Virus record (IMG/VR): IMGVR_UViG_3300036987_000310
Location: 224,001-288,000 of that record
Origin: a virus
Lineage: Duplodnaviria > Caudoviricetes
DNA length: 64,000 nucleotides
Strand: one strand, 5' to 3'
A model generated the notes under the pieces. The model worked only from the letters and a program-made list of their open reading frames with translations. It ran no database searches and was not told where the DNA came from. Positions 35,724 through 44,960 of this stretch are shown piece after piece. Position 1 is the stretch's first letter. The number at the start of each line of letters is the position of its first letter. The translations under genes and the position numbers were made by a program.

Positions 35724-35748
35724 TTACGCGGGGTCGGGCTCGATCTCC
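35724..35748 (-). promoter_or_regulatory. ECF-type promoter copy (GTAA variant)
   Basis: GGAGA-N16-GTAA; leader nearly identical to 24557-24588. Confidence 0.65.
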
Positions 35749-35929
35749 GCGCGGCCCCATGCCGCCCGATCATCGTCTCCCGTCCTCGCACCCTCCGGTA
35801 CCGCCTGGGGCCCCAGATCCCCGCCCGGTGGGGCGGTGTGTGCATGTGTATTACCATGTGGGATAGACCGGAAGTCCGGGGGTCTCCTGGGTATCCATCT
35901 ATAGGGAGGGGTTATACCTATGTATATGT

Positions 35930-35970
35930 AGTATACCATACCACATAGTGGAGATAGAGAGGGGTTGCAA
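35930..35970 (-). promoter_or_regulatory. possible sigma70-type promoter
   Basis: TTGCAA-N17-TATGTG plus nearby extended -10 TGgTATACT. Confidence 0.35.
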
Positions 35971-36156
35971 GTACCCCTTCTTGGGAGGGGAACCGGATGC
36001 ATGCCTGAAAATGGGTCCTCGCGAAACGATCTGGGTCCGCTCAGTTTTTGCGCAAACAGTTCTTTTCGTCCGATTAAACACTGACCGATTGTTCAGTATT
36101 TCGATTGTTCAGTGTTCCAAGGAACAAACGGCATTCATCGCCAGAAGCAAAACGCC

Positions 36157-36378
36157 ATGAGAAGGACCGATGGCAAGATTGTTTGCGACCTGAACAGTTG
36201 CACGGCCCTGGCTGTTGTGGCGATGGTTGGAAAGCCCAACTCCGGGGATTTGGGGCCGGAGTGGGTGTCGTTCAGGTGCGCCGAGCATTCGGGGCCGTCG
36301 TGGGATCGGCATGTCGACAAGATCCCGGTGCAAGAGTGGGAAAAGCTTCAAGGCTTGAGGGAAGTGCACGAGTCGTGA
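36157..36378 (+). CDS. Zn-finger microprotein with C-terminal tag
   Basis: CDLNSC..RCAEH; ends EKLQGLREVHES*. Confidence 0.75.
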   Translation: MRRTDGKIVCDLNSCTALAVVAMVGKPNSGDLGPEWVSFRCAEHSGPSWDRHVDKIPVQEWEKLQGLREVHES

Positions 36379-36463
36379 AGCTTTTTGGTGGAAAGCTTCG
36401 CTTTGGCTGAAAAAGCTTTGGGTCCTCCAAACAATTTGTAAAGCTTTTTTGGCGGGCGTCGTC

Positions 36464-36754
36464 ATGGCGTGCAATTTCCATGGCGTGGCGCAAAGAGTCG
36501 CTGCGGCTCAAAAAGTGCTGGACGGCAGGGTTGGCGATGGGAAAATTGTTTGGGATTTTCTCGAGGATCTCAAGAAGCGCATGAGCGAGGAGGCGCGAGA
36601 CTACGACGATTGGGGAAGGAGCGTTCCCTTGGCGCAAGAGGCTTTGCGCCAAGTGCAAAGCGGCAGCTTCGCTTCGCTCAGCGACGACGCTGTGGGCGTG
36701 CTGACGTCCAATGTGAAGCAGCTTGTCGACAATCCGTGGATGGCCGGAGTCTGA
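36464..36754 (+). CDS. hypothetical protein
   Basis: ORF. Confidence 0.55.
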   Translation: MACNFHGVAQRVAAAQKVLDGRVGDGKIVWDFLEDLKKRMSEEARDYDDWGRSVPLAQEALRQVQSGSFASLSDDAVGVLTSNVKQLVDNPWMAGV

Positions 36755-36779
36755 CCTTCGAACGTTGTCCGATCGCTCG

Positions 36780-37256
36780 TCACTCTCTCATGGTCTCGGC
36801 CACGCAAACCAGGTCTGAAATTCTCGCAGCCAACTCGGCGTTTTTCATTTTCGACAAAATCCTTTTGGAGGACGGGCGATAAAGAAACTCCTTTTTCGGG
36901 TCCTCCAGCCCGCCATGGCTTGTCACCATGGCCACAGCTGCTTCCAGAGTCCACGAGTTTGTTTGGAGGTGCCAGCCGCGGCGCCGCTCAAACACCCGAA
37001 AGTCGCCAGCTTGCCCAGCTGCGTCCGCTATCCCGGCCATTTCCGCAGCTAGCGCCTCCCGCATCCCCTCGTTCGCTTCCTCAAACGGCCCGTCCTTTTT
37101 CCAGTTTGCAAGCTTTGCTTCAAACTTTCGAATCGTCAGAAAAGCTAGGCTTTTCTTCGGCCAGTGCTGCAGCTCGCCGCGCGGCCCGATCGCCCACGCT
37201 TCGCCGTTCAAAACTGGAAGCGCGCTCCCTAGGTTTTCCCAAATTGTTTTCAGCAT
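36780..37256 (-). CDS. hypothetical protein with C-terminal tag
   Basis: Ends ISDLVCVAETMRE*. Confidence 0.7.
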   Translation of the reverse strand: MLKTIWENLGSALPVLNGEAWAIGPRGELQHWPKKSLAFLTIRKFEAKLANWKKDGPFEEANEGMREALAAEMAGIADAAGQAGDFRVFERRRGWHLQTNSWTLEAAVAMVTSHGGLEDPKKEFLYRPSSKRILSKMKNAELAARISDLVCVAETMRE

Positions 37257-37273
37257 TGAGTGTAGGCTCGAGC

Positions 37274-37465
37274 ATGAGCGAAGTTTTGGACAAATGCCCC
37301 AATTGCCAATCCTACAATGTGCAGACAAAGGTCGTTCACAATCCCGACACTTGCGACATGAACGCCGAGGCAACTCTTGCTTGCTTGGATTGCAAGCAAG
37401 AGTGGGAGGGCAAAGTCATGTCTCCTCGAATGGAGGAAGATCGTCGGCGAGGGTTTGCGATTTAG
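37274..37465 (+). CDS. small Zn-ribbon protein
   Basis: CPNC..CLDC. Confidence 0.65.
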   Translation: MSEVLDKCPNCQSYNVQTKVVHNPDTCDMNAEATLACLDCKQEWEGKVMSPRMEEDRRRGFAI

Positions 37466-37521
37466 GGCCTCGCTCGACAAGCCCTTTTCGGGTGGTTACA
37501 ACTTTATTTTTCTGCCCAGCC

Positions 37522-38022
37522 ATGAGCATTGCACGCATCGCCGCGCGCGTGGCTGGCTTTGGGAGCGAGCCCGGTTTCCCGGACATCCTTCCGCTCGTTT
37601 ACAAGTTTTTCGGCCATGCGAGCTGGGAAGACGTGGAGTCTTCGCCCCTGGACGACGAAGACAAGGCTGCCGTCGGCGACGTCCTTTCGAAAAAAGCTCG
37701 GCTCCAAGATCTTTACGGCGCGTGGGAGGCGTCGCGGCGCAGCTTTCGCGACGAAGACAAAGCTTTCCATCGCTTGGCCATGGGGCGGGCCCCGGTCGTC
37801 GAAGCTCTCTCCAATCTGATGAAAGCCGCGCGCCCCAAAATCGAGCAAAGCGGCGAAAAGTGGAGCCCGAAATACGACGCCGCTTTCGACTACATTGTCA
37901 AATGGGAGTTTCCGGCCGATCCTGACAAAGGCTGGTGGGTGGACGTCTGGGTGCAAGGCGTCCACGACTTGACGACTGCGATTTTCAGCCAGCTTCTGCA
38001 TTTGAGCAAGCCGAAGCTGTAG
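37522..38022 (+). CDS. hypothetical protein with IARIAARVA leader
   Basis: MSIARIAARVAG. Confidence 0.75.
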   Translation: MSIARIAARVAGFGSEPGFPDILPLVYKFFGHASWEDVESSPLDDEDKAAVGDVLSKKARLQDLYGAWEASRRSFRDEDKAFHRLAMGRAPVVEALSNLMKAARPKIEQSGEKWSPKYDAAFDYIVKWEFPADPDKGWWVDVWVQGVHDLTTAIFSQLLHLSKPKL

Positions 38023-38062
38023 CTCGGAAGCTGTCGCAGGCGTTTGGCTGTAAACTGCTCAA

Positions 38063-38449
38063 ATGCAGGAAACATCTGTGCAATGGCTTGAGCGCGTTCA
38101 GCTCGAGTCGAAAAATCCCGAAGCCAAGCGGAAAGCGAAGCAAGCTCTTGCGCAGTGGCGAGCCATGACTCTCTTTTGGAAACAGGAGGGCCTTTCGCTT
38201 CGGCGCTCGCTATGGGACCTTTTGGCTGGCGTGAGCGAAAGAGGGGGCAAAATCGTGGAGACGTTCGACTCCGAAACGACAATCAGGACTGGGGGGCGCC
38301 AGTTTGTCTTTCCAGTGTTTGTCGAGGCTTTGCAGCGGCGCGCAAGGGACCCGAAGACGGCTCCGGGGGCCGTCTTCGCGGGCGTTCATCCAAAGTCGTT
38401 TCGCGCGCCGCAACGCTCCAAGTGGGGCAACGACATTTGCAAGACCTGA
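38063..38449 (+). CDS. hypothetical protein
   Basis: 128-aa ORF. Confidence 0.45.
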   Translation: MQETSVQWLERVQLESKNPEAKRKAKQALAQWRAMTLFWKQEGLSLRRSLWDLLAGVSERGGKIVETFDSETTIRTGGRQFVFPVFVEALQRRARDPKTAPGAVFAGVHPKSFRAPQRSKWGNDICKT

Positions 38450-38464
38450 TTGCGTCTTCGCGAC

Positions 38465-38680
38465 ATGAAAATCGAGAAAGTCGTGACAGCCACAAAGACG
38501 CCCCACGATTGGGAGCGCGACGGGTTTCATTGGCGCTGCAGAGCTTGCGGGGCGATTGCTGCGGAATTTGGCGACAACGGGTTTCCGGACCCTTACGGAT
38601 CGGTCGTCTATGCCAAGGGCATGGACTGCGTGGAGGCTTCTTGCGACGAGATGTCGGTTCTCAAAGTGATGAGGAGCTAG
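38465..38680 (+). CDS. Zn-binding microprotein with C-terminal tag
   Basis: HDW..CRAC..C; ends SCDEMSVLKVMRS*; resembles 7596-7835. Confidence 0.75.
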   Translation: MKIEKVVTATKTPHDWERDGFHWRCRACGAIAAEFGDNGFPDPYGSVVYAKGMDCVEASCDEMSVLKVMRS

Positions 38681-38712
38681 AGTTCACAAATCGTTAACTG
38701 CGACGACAAAAC

Positions 38713-39111
38713 ATGAGCACGATCTCCAAGCGCGTTGCCGCGCAATGGCTCGAAGCTGCCGTTTCAGGTCCTGACGCTTGTCCAAACTGTCGCGGAACTG
38801 GCTTCGTGAACTTGGGAGACTGCCCCGAGTGCGAAGGAACCGGGCGCAACGTTTCGGAGTCTGCGCCGACTGGCCTGTCGATCAGCGAGCTTTACGACAA
38901 GTTGATTGCGGACGCAAAAGCCAACAGAATGAAGAAGCTTCCGGTCAACCAGATCTTGCACCTGATGCAGGACTCCGAGTCGATATCGCGACACGAATTG
39001 AGCGATCGCGCGCAGGAGCTTTTGCGGATGGCTCCACATCTTGCTGAAGAAGACTGGAGGCAGCTGACCCGTCTACTGATGAGAGCATACAACGCCTGGG
39101 GAGGCATGTAG
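38713..39111 (+). CDS. DnaJ-type CxxCxGxG zinc finger protein with ISKRVAA leader
   Basis: CPNCRGTG..CPECEGTG. Confidence 0.75.
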   Translation: MSTISKRVAAQWLEAAVSGPDACPNCRGTGFVNLGDCPECEGTGRNVSESAPTGLSISELYDKLIADAKANRMKKLPVNQILHLMQDSESISRHELSDRAQELLRMAPHLAEEDWRQLTRLLMRAYNAWGGM

Positions 39112-39123
39112 CTGTTTTCAGTT

Positions 39124-39543
39124 TCAGGGGGAGCTGGGGGGAAGCGTTTTCGAAGCAGAATTGGAGTCTCCAACGTCTGGAAGCTCAATGTTCCATTTGC
39201 GTTGGACCAAAGTTTTGACAATCCGGTAGGCCCATGTGGAGAAAAATCCGGCAAGAACGCCGTAAATTGTGCGCATGGCGAGCGACGCAGCGAACACGCT
39301 CGGATAAGGGAAGCTCTTCATGGAAGCAGCGAGCAATGCGCCAACTAGAATCGGAAGGGTCGGCAGGATGAGCTCCCGCCAGATGCGGGACTTGATGAAG
39401 CTCGAATCCTTCAGGCTTGGGCTTACAACCTCGCTAATCTTTCTGAGTATCCCGCTGATTATGTTGACAATCATCGCAAAAACAAACGCTGCGATGACAT
39501 GCTTGTAGAATGTTTCCCCGCCAAGAGTTTCGATGATGTCCAT
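39124..39543 (-). CDS. multi-pass membrane protein, holin-like
   Basis: About 3 hydrophobic helices, charged C-terminal tail. Confidence 0.6.
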   Translation of the reverse strand: MDIIETLGGETFYKHVIAAFVFAMIVNIISGILRKISEVVSPSLKDSSFIKSRIWRELILPTLPILVGALLAASMKSFPYPSVFAASLAMRTIYGVLAGFFSTWAYRIVKTLVQRKWNIELPDVGDSNSASKTLPPSSP

Positions 39544-39580
39544 TTTGTCTCCTCGCAAAAGGAGCTTTATCATAGGCGCA

Positions 39581-39955
39581 TCATTCGGACATGGAGCGGA
39601 AGACGCTCATGGATGCTTCATGCACTGTTTTCGGGTTCATCTCGGACGTGTGCACCCTCCATTCGACTTTGTTGAGGGTGGCAAACAGTTTTTCGGTTCC
39701 GCTTGACGCGTCAAGCGACAAAGACAATAGAACCCCGATGTCTTCTCGGTCCACGTCTGTCAGCTCGTTTCCTCGAGAAAGTTCCCAACACATTCTGGAG
39801 CATCTAAATATTTTTTCCATGGAGTCAGCGTCCTCCATGGCGACCCACCGAATGATGCGCCTCCTAAGCTGGTTTGCTATGTCCGGCGCATCGTCTCCCA
39901 AGATTATGTGAAGCAAGCCCCCGGACACTTCATTCTCATACGTGTCTTCTCTCAT
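39581..39955 (-). CDS. hypothetical protein
   Basis: ORF; start uncertain. Confidence 0.55.
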   Translation of the reverse strand: MREDTYENEVSGGLLHIILGDDAPDIANQLRRRIIRWVAMEDADSMEKIFRCSRMCWELSRGNELTDVDREDIGVLLSLSLDASSGTEKLFATLNKVEWRVHTSEMNPKTVHEASMSVFRSMSE

Positions 39956-39980
39956 GGAAAAGATTACGCGCGACCGCCCT

Positions 39981-40751
39981 TCATTTACGCGGGGTGTCCC
40001 GCCAGGTTTCCGGAAAATCTTCAATGTTTCTGACAGTGGGGCGGTAGGGGTCGACGCCGCCGCCTTCTGCCGTTTCTGCGGCGTCGTCGACGTCTTTTCT
40101 ATGAAGCCATGTCTTGAGGCTTTTCACCACAGAGTCTGTGGCGCCGTTTTCTGTGACTTCCGGAGCTCCCTCGACCTCGAACTTGTACGAGTACAGCACT
40201 TGAGACAGCATGACCCTGCCCTCGTACCGCTCCCCGATTTCAAACTCAATGGCCGGGAGTCCGCTGCTGTCGTCCAGTTCCTGTGCTCGCCACCCTCTGG
40301 ACTCGATTTCGCGCATCAGTCTGCCGATTTCTCTTTTGTGTAGATCTAGAAGTGGGTTCATGTGGGTAGCCACAACGAGAAACGCTTTTCTGAGCCAAAA
40401 CGCTGTGTCTGGCCGTTCCGGATCGGACGCGAGTCGCCTCAAAAAAGACGAAAGTCTTTTCGGACTGGAAGCGAATTGTTCCCACATGTTTCCGGCCGGG
40501 GTTTCTCCTGCCAGCGACTCCCTGATTGATCCCAGCGGGTCGGAAGAATACCCCTCGTCTTTGTCGGACGGGTCTTCCATCGCTTGGAGCGTCCAGTGGT
40601 ACAGTGCGTCAGCTTGTTTTGCATACAGGGTATACGGATGTGCTACAATCTTAATGCCGCCCGATTCGTTCGGAATAACGCTTATGTCTCCAAACGATTT
40701 TATGGCTTTTGCTATGTCGTCGAGCGTTTCAATGAATGCATGTCTTTCCAT
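39981..40751 (-). CDS. hypothetical protein
   Basis: 256-aa ORF. Confidence 0.7.
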   Translation of the reverse strand: MERHAFIETLDDIAKAIKSFGDISVIPNESGGIKIVAHPYTLYAKQADALYHWTLQAMEDPSDKDEGYSSDPLGSIRESLAGETPAGNMWEQFASSPKRLSSFLRRLASDPERPDTAFWLRKAFLVVATHMNPLLDLHKREIGRLMREIESRGWRAQELDDSSGLPAIEFEIGERYEGRVMLSQVLYSYKFEVEGAPEVTENGATDSVVKSLKTWLHRKDVDDAAETAEGGGVDPYRPTVRNIEDFPETWRDTPRK

Positions 40752-40787
40752 GAACACAGTTGCTTATTTAAAATGTAATAAGACGTC

Positions 40788-41354
40788 ATGGAAATCTACA
40801 TAAGCACGGACATAGAATCTGATGGGCCGATCCCGGGCTCGAATTCTATGCTGTCGTTCGGATCCGTGGCTTTGACAGCAGATGGCGAAGAACTCGGCGC
40901 TTTTTCTCGAAACCTTGAAACGCTGGAAGGAGCCTCTAGCGATCCGGACACCATGGCCTGGTGGAAGAAAAACCCAGAAGCGTGGGATGCGTGTCGGAAA
41001 GATACAGTTTCGCCAGCGAGAGCCATGAAGGAATATGTGGACTGGGTGAAATGGTTGGGGAACAGCCCCGTGTTTGTGGCTTATCCGGCTGGGTATGATT
41101 TCACCTTCGTGTATTGGTACATGATGAAATTTGTCGGACAGAGCCCGTTCTCATTTTCTGCTGTGGACATCAAAACATTTGCCATGGCTTTGATGAGAAA
41201 GCCGTACCGCGAATGCACGAAGCGTAAAATGCCGAAGGAGTGGTTTGCGCCTGGCGCAAAGCACACACATGTCGCTGTTGAAGACGCAAGGGAACAGGGT
41301 TTGTTGTTCATAAACATGCTCAAAAGTTCGCAAAAGTATCGCTTGCACACATGA
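40788..41354 (+). CDS. DEDDh 3'-5' exonuclease (Rv2179c-like)
   Basis: STDIESDG (ExoI), YDF (ExoII), THVAVEDA (ExoIII). Confidence 0.85.
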   Translation: MEIYISTDIESDGPIPGSNSMLSFGSVALTADGEELGAFSRNLETLEGASSDPDTMAWWKKNPEAWDACRKDTVSPARAMKEYVDWVKWLGNSPVFVAYPAGYDFTFVYWYMMKFVGQSPFSFSAVDIKTFAMALMRKPYRECTKRKMPKEWFAPGAKHTHVAVEDAREQGLLFINMLKSSQKYRLHT

Positions 41355-41608
41355 GCGATAATGGAGTTGACATGAATCTGAAAGATGGAAAACTGCTGAT
41401 TTTTTCTGGAACCAACTGGAAGCTTGCCGGCGACAAGAAATGGGTGGAACACACTGTTCCATACCTGGCGAACGGAAACGAGAAATACGTCGGGGAGCGC
41501 ATCATCGACGGGGCCCCCCACGCAGTGTTCAAACTGTGCGACGACGATTTTGGCGCTCAGCTAAAATCCATTGCGACAAATGCGTCGGCCCCGAGCGTCA
41601 AAGACTAA
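41351..41608 (+). CDS. hypothetical protein
   Basis: ATGA coupling. Confidence 0.6.
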   Translation: MSDNGVDMNLKDGKLLIFSGTNWKLAGDKKWVEHTVPYLANGNEKYVGERIIDGAPHAVFKLCDDDFGAQLKSIATNASAPSVKD

Positions 41609-41669
41609 GCGCGTTTGCCGAACAAATTCGGACGTATACTTCGAAAAAGTTACCACTGCGGAGTAAAGC

Positions 41670-42065
41670 ATGGGCGTGGAAACAGTCCTTTTTCAGCAGG
41701 TCTGGCAGCGCATTTACAACCCGAGGTCAGGCTGTCCCGACATCGAGATCAGCCGCGTCCTCGATGTCATGGTGGAGATTCTGGCCCCATCGATGCCAGG
41801 GCTGACGGACCCCGAGAAACGCATCCTTGCTCGCACGGCCATCGAGGGCGAGGTCCACACAAGCAACTTCACCATGGCTGCCAGAGCCATGGTTGACAGG
41901 TACACGGGGGATATCGACAAGGATGGCTACCCTGTGCCCAGAGAATGGTCCGACGTCGAGGCCGATGAGGAGATCAAGGCTGCTGAGGCCCTGACAGCCA
42001 TGACGGCATTGAAGGATCGAAAGCTCTTGGTTGAGGCTGGTCCCAACCTGTGGAGGCTTGCATGA
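41670..42065 (+). CDS. hypothetical protein
   Basis: ORF, high GC3. Confidence 0.7.
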   Translation: MGVETVLFQQVWQRIYNPRSGCPDIEISRVLDVMVEILAPSMPGLTDPEKRILARTAIEGEVHTSNFTMAARAMVDRYTGDIDKDGYPVPREWSDVEADEEIKAAEALTAMTALKDRKLLVEAGPNLWRLA

Positions 42066-42748
42066 GAGTCAAGAGCTGCGAATATACGTTGTTGGTTGAC
42101 TTCGATTACAACCCTGGTCTATCCACCCGCCTGCTCGACCAGGACGGATTTCCGTGGGAGACCGTCTCCAGCAAGGGTGTGCTGGAGGATCACAGCATTC
42201 AGATCGGTATCAGGCCCCTGCGGGCGAACGCCCCTACGGAGGTCCGCGAACTCTTCTGCTGGGATGAACGGCTGCCGACGGCCATGGCCCACAGGGTCTA
42301 CGACGCCATGGCGCACCTGGAGGCTATCGATTGGCAGATCACCACAGTCTTCGTCAACCCGAAAGACACGATGCCGCTGAACGTCAATGTGGGATGCCTG
42401 TCTAAGGAAGAGAGTTGCCCTGAGGGCCATGTCATGTTCTCTGCCGGGGGCTTCACATGGGGTCCGCTGCCTCTGTCGCCCCTGGTATCGCCTCCGAGGT
42501 GGCCCTTCCCTGGACACACGCAGGCCGGGGCTAGGGCTACGACCCTAACCCTGACACCATCACCGAGCGGACACCACCTGAAGGCGTCGCTGTCCCTGGG
42601 AGGCCAGGCGGCGCTATATGTGGACCTGCCGTGGCAGGATGCCATCGGGTTCGCTTCCCTGGCCTCCAAAGAGGGTTGGGAAAAGGCCACTGCGATGTTC
42701 TACCCTCACGGGGCTAGGATCGTGGGGGTGGCGGATGAACAAGGGTGA
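42062..42748 (+). CDS. hypothetical protein
   Basis: ATGA coupling. Confidence 0.7.
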   Translation: MRVKSCEYTLLVDFDYNPGLSTRLLDQDGFPWETVSSKGVLEDHSIQIGIRPLRANAPTEVRELFCWDERLPTAMAHRVYDAMAHLEAIDWQITTVFVNPKDTMPLNVNVGCLSKEESCPEGHVMFSAGGFTWGPLPLSPLVSPPRWPFPGHTQAGARATTLTLTPSPSGHHLKASLSLGGQAALYVDLPWQDAIGFASLASKEGWEKATAMFYPHGARIVGVADEQG

Positions 42749-43001
42749 CCACATCACGGCAAGCTGGATGCGCACCAGGTTGGCCTGCCTGGCTGGGGTG
42801 CAGATGAAGCTGGAGGGTCAGCAGGTCACTGTTTCGGGCATCGTGCGGCACGTCCGAGGCAATGACCCCACCGCTCCCACGAGCATCCGAATCTACATCG
42901 ACCCGGACGATCCTGCCTGCGATCTGCCGAGGACCCGCCCTCCGCGTTGTATATGCTCGAAACCCCACGTCGAGATCGAACCCCAGCACATCGTTCGCTG
43001 A
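42735..43001 (+). CDS. hypothetical protein
   Basis: ORF; RCIC..H. Confidence 0.6.
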   Translation: MNKGDHITASWMRTRLACLAGVQMKLEGQQVTVSGIVRHVRGNDPTAPTSIRIYIDPDDPACDLPRTRPPRCICSKPHVEIEPQHIVR

Positions 43002-43072
43002 AATCTTCAAAAGAGTTTTTGAAACGTCGTATACTTTAGACTTTTAATGTAATGTTTAGTAGTTGGTAAACA

Positions 43073-43429
43073 ATGAACAAATTCGGAGAATACGTTAAAA
43101 ACGTCCGGGAAGCTAAAAAGGCTGAGGACTCAAGTTTTTCTCTTAGAAAAATTGCCCGAAAAGCGGGGATGTCTCCAACATTTCTAAGCCGAATGGAATC
43201 TGGGTCTGACTCTTCGCTTCCGTCAGATGAAAAAATAGTTAAACTCGCTGAAGCCATAGGGGAAGACCCCGACGTCTTATTGGCTGTGGCTGGAAGAGTT
43301 TCAAGAAGGCTCCAGGATGTCATAACAAAGCGGCCACAGCTTTTTAGGGAATTGATCCTCCAGTTAAAAGACGCTCCCGATCATGCGATTCTGAGGGTGG
43401 TTCGAGAAGTCAGAGACGGAAAGTGGTGA
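43073..43429 (+). CDS. XRE-family HTH transcriptional regulator
   Basis: FGEYVKNVR..SLRKIARKAGMSPTFLSRMESG; ends EVRDGKW*. Confidence 0.9.
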   Translation: MNKFGEYVKNVREAKKAEDSSFSLRKIARKAGMSPTFLSRMESGSDSSLPSDEKIVKLAEAIGEDPDVLLAVAGRVSRRLQDVITKRPQLFRELILQLKDAPDHAILRVVREVRDGKW

Positions 43430-44685
43430 GGAATACGCAAATGTTGGAACTAAAAAACTACAAGCTCTTTTTTCAGTTTTCGGAAGTTCATCCGAGCGCT
43501 AGACTCGAAGTGATCTTTCACCGAACGCTTCGCATTCCGGACGACGAAAAAACTTACCCGCTCCCCCCGAGCTTAGGAACTTTTCCGATTGCCCATGTCG
43601 ACGACTACAAAGACAAGGTTCCGGAAAAATGGATAAAGCACGGCGGGGTAATGCTCCCCATGTGGCAATCTGAAGCAGTGTGGCTTCAGTTCGTGTCGTG
43701 TCATGTTCCCGGTCATTCGCATGTGTGGCCTTTTGCCATCAAGGTTTCCACTGGGAAAAGGTCTGCAGTCACCGGGAAAGCATGGTCAAAGACTCTTCGA
43801 GAAGGAGACTACCTGGTCATCCCGGAACAGAAATGGCTTGACGGGTATGTAGTGGAAGACGGCGTAATCAGGCAGTTTATCGCTGCTCCGCTTGGGATGG
43901 GCGCCACGGCAGAGGAGCAGATCACTGGGAAGGCTGAACACGGTGGTCTGCAGATCGAAGTATACCCCATGTCCGCTGTCGAATATATGAAAAGATGGCC
44001 TCAGCTCCCTGTTACACGTCAACGCAGGTCCATACTCCGAAGTTATGACAACGGCGAGGAAAAAACGCTTGGCGGAGTCGAGCTTTTTGACTTTGACTAT
44101 GAAAGAGAAGCCGATGATGACACGACGCCAATCGCGTGTGCTGGGTCTAGCGCGTATCTAACCGGATCCGTAAACGTTTCCAACATTTCCGAGATTTCCG
44201 AGAGTTGGTCGTCGACGTCAGTCAACACGGTCAACGCATCGTGGAACGGAGCTCGCGGCATAACGACGAAGAACTGCTCACTCACGCCGCAGTCTGCAAC
44301 AATTCGTCCCGACATGGGTCTTGCTCCTGGTGGCCGGATGGCGCAACAGGTGTTTTCTGACACCTATGGCATGGAAGTTTGGGACACAAGTCACCACGAT
44401 AGGTGCTTCGTTCACTTGTCAAACTCTTTAGCATGGAAGGCCATCACAGGGAAAGATGCGCCGACCATTCCGCTGTCTGCGGCAGACTATAGTCGACATG
44501 GAATGCCCTGGTTCAGTCACTATTGTGATGCCCCAACCGTGAAGCCTTCCAAAAAGATTGCCGGACTAAAGAGCGCCATACAGATCGGTGAAGAAAAAGG
44601 CGTCCCTATTGTTTTGGAGAATGAGTCGGCACAGCCGAAAACTGTTGTGCACACGACAGAAGTGCGCGATGGAAAGTGGGGTTGA
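43423..44685 (+). CDS. conserved hypothetical protein
   Basis: FHRTLRIPDD..YPLPPSLG.FP, EAVWLQF, QKWLDG, QFIAAPLG; ends EVRDGKWG*. Confidence 0.85.
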   Translation: MVRNTQMLELKNYKLFFQFSEVHPSARLEVIFHRTLRIPDDEKTYPLPPSLGTFPIAHVDDYKDKVPEKWIKHGGVMLPMWQSEAVWLQFVSCHVPGHSHVWPFAIKVSTGKRSAVTGKAWSKTLREGDYLVIPEQKWLDGYVVEDGVIRQFIAAPLGMGATAEEQITGKAEHGGLQIEVYPMSAVEYMKRWPQLPVTRQRRSILRSYDNGEEKTLGGVELFDFDYEREADDDTTPIACAGSSAYLTGSVNVSNISEISESWSSTSVNTVNASWNGARGITTKNCSLTPQSATIRPDMGLAPGGRMAQQVFSDTYGMEVWDTSHHDRCFVHLSNSLAWKAITGKDAPTIPLSAADYSRHGMPWFSHYCDAPTVKPSKKIAGLKSAIQIGEEKGVPIVLENESAQPKTVVHTTEVRDGKWG

Positions 44686-44686
44686 T

Positions 44687-44932
44687 ATGTCTTGCAGGAT
44701 CACGTGCTGTTCGAATCACTGCTACCATGTAAACACAGACCCGATTCACATGGTAGTTCCATACGGCCATTTGATATACAAATGCTGCAAGTGCGGACAC
44801 ATTATGGTAACTGCTCCATACCACCCGGTCCAAACGTGGGCTTGGAGCCCGACTGTCATGCCGGGGCCCGTCACAGTTTGCACGACATGGTCATTCAATC
44901 GCGATCAAGTTAGGGGTGGAAGGTGGACTTGA
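44687..44932 (+). CDS. Cys/His-rich small protein
   Basis: CCSNHCYH..CCKCGH; ends QVRGGRWT*. Confidence 0.6.
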   Translation: MSCRITCCSNHCYHVNTDPIHMVVPYGHLIYKCCKCGHIMVTAPYHPVQTWAWSPTVMPGPVTVCTTWSFNRDQVRGGRWT

Positions 44933-44960
44933 CTTCGGGCTTTGATGCATGTGAAAACGT

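Noticed and set aside
1753-35948. Long antisense ORFs (1753-2526, 5601-6713, 10850-11695, 18765-19580, 21315-22067, 35148-35948)
   Set aside because: They are shadows of GC3-rich genes on the opposite strand, with no SD, no motifs and typical antisense amino-acid composition.
36378-36450. Cluster of four AAGCTT sites
   Set aside because: A short low-complexity intergenic stretch in a locally AAGCT-rich region; no consistent spacing or flanking consensus.
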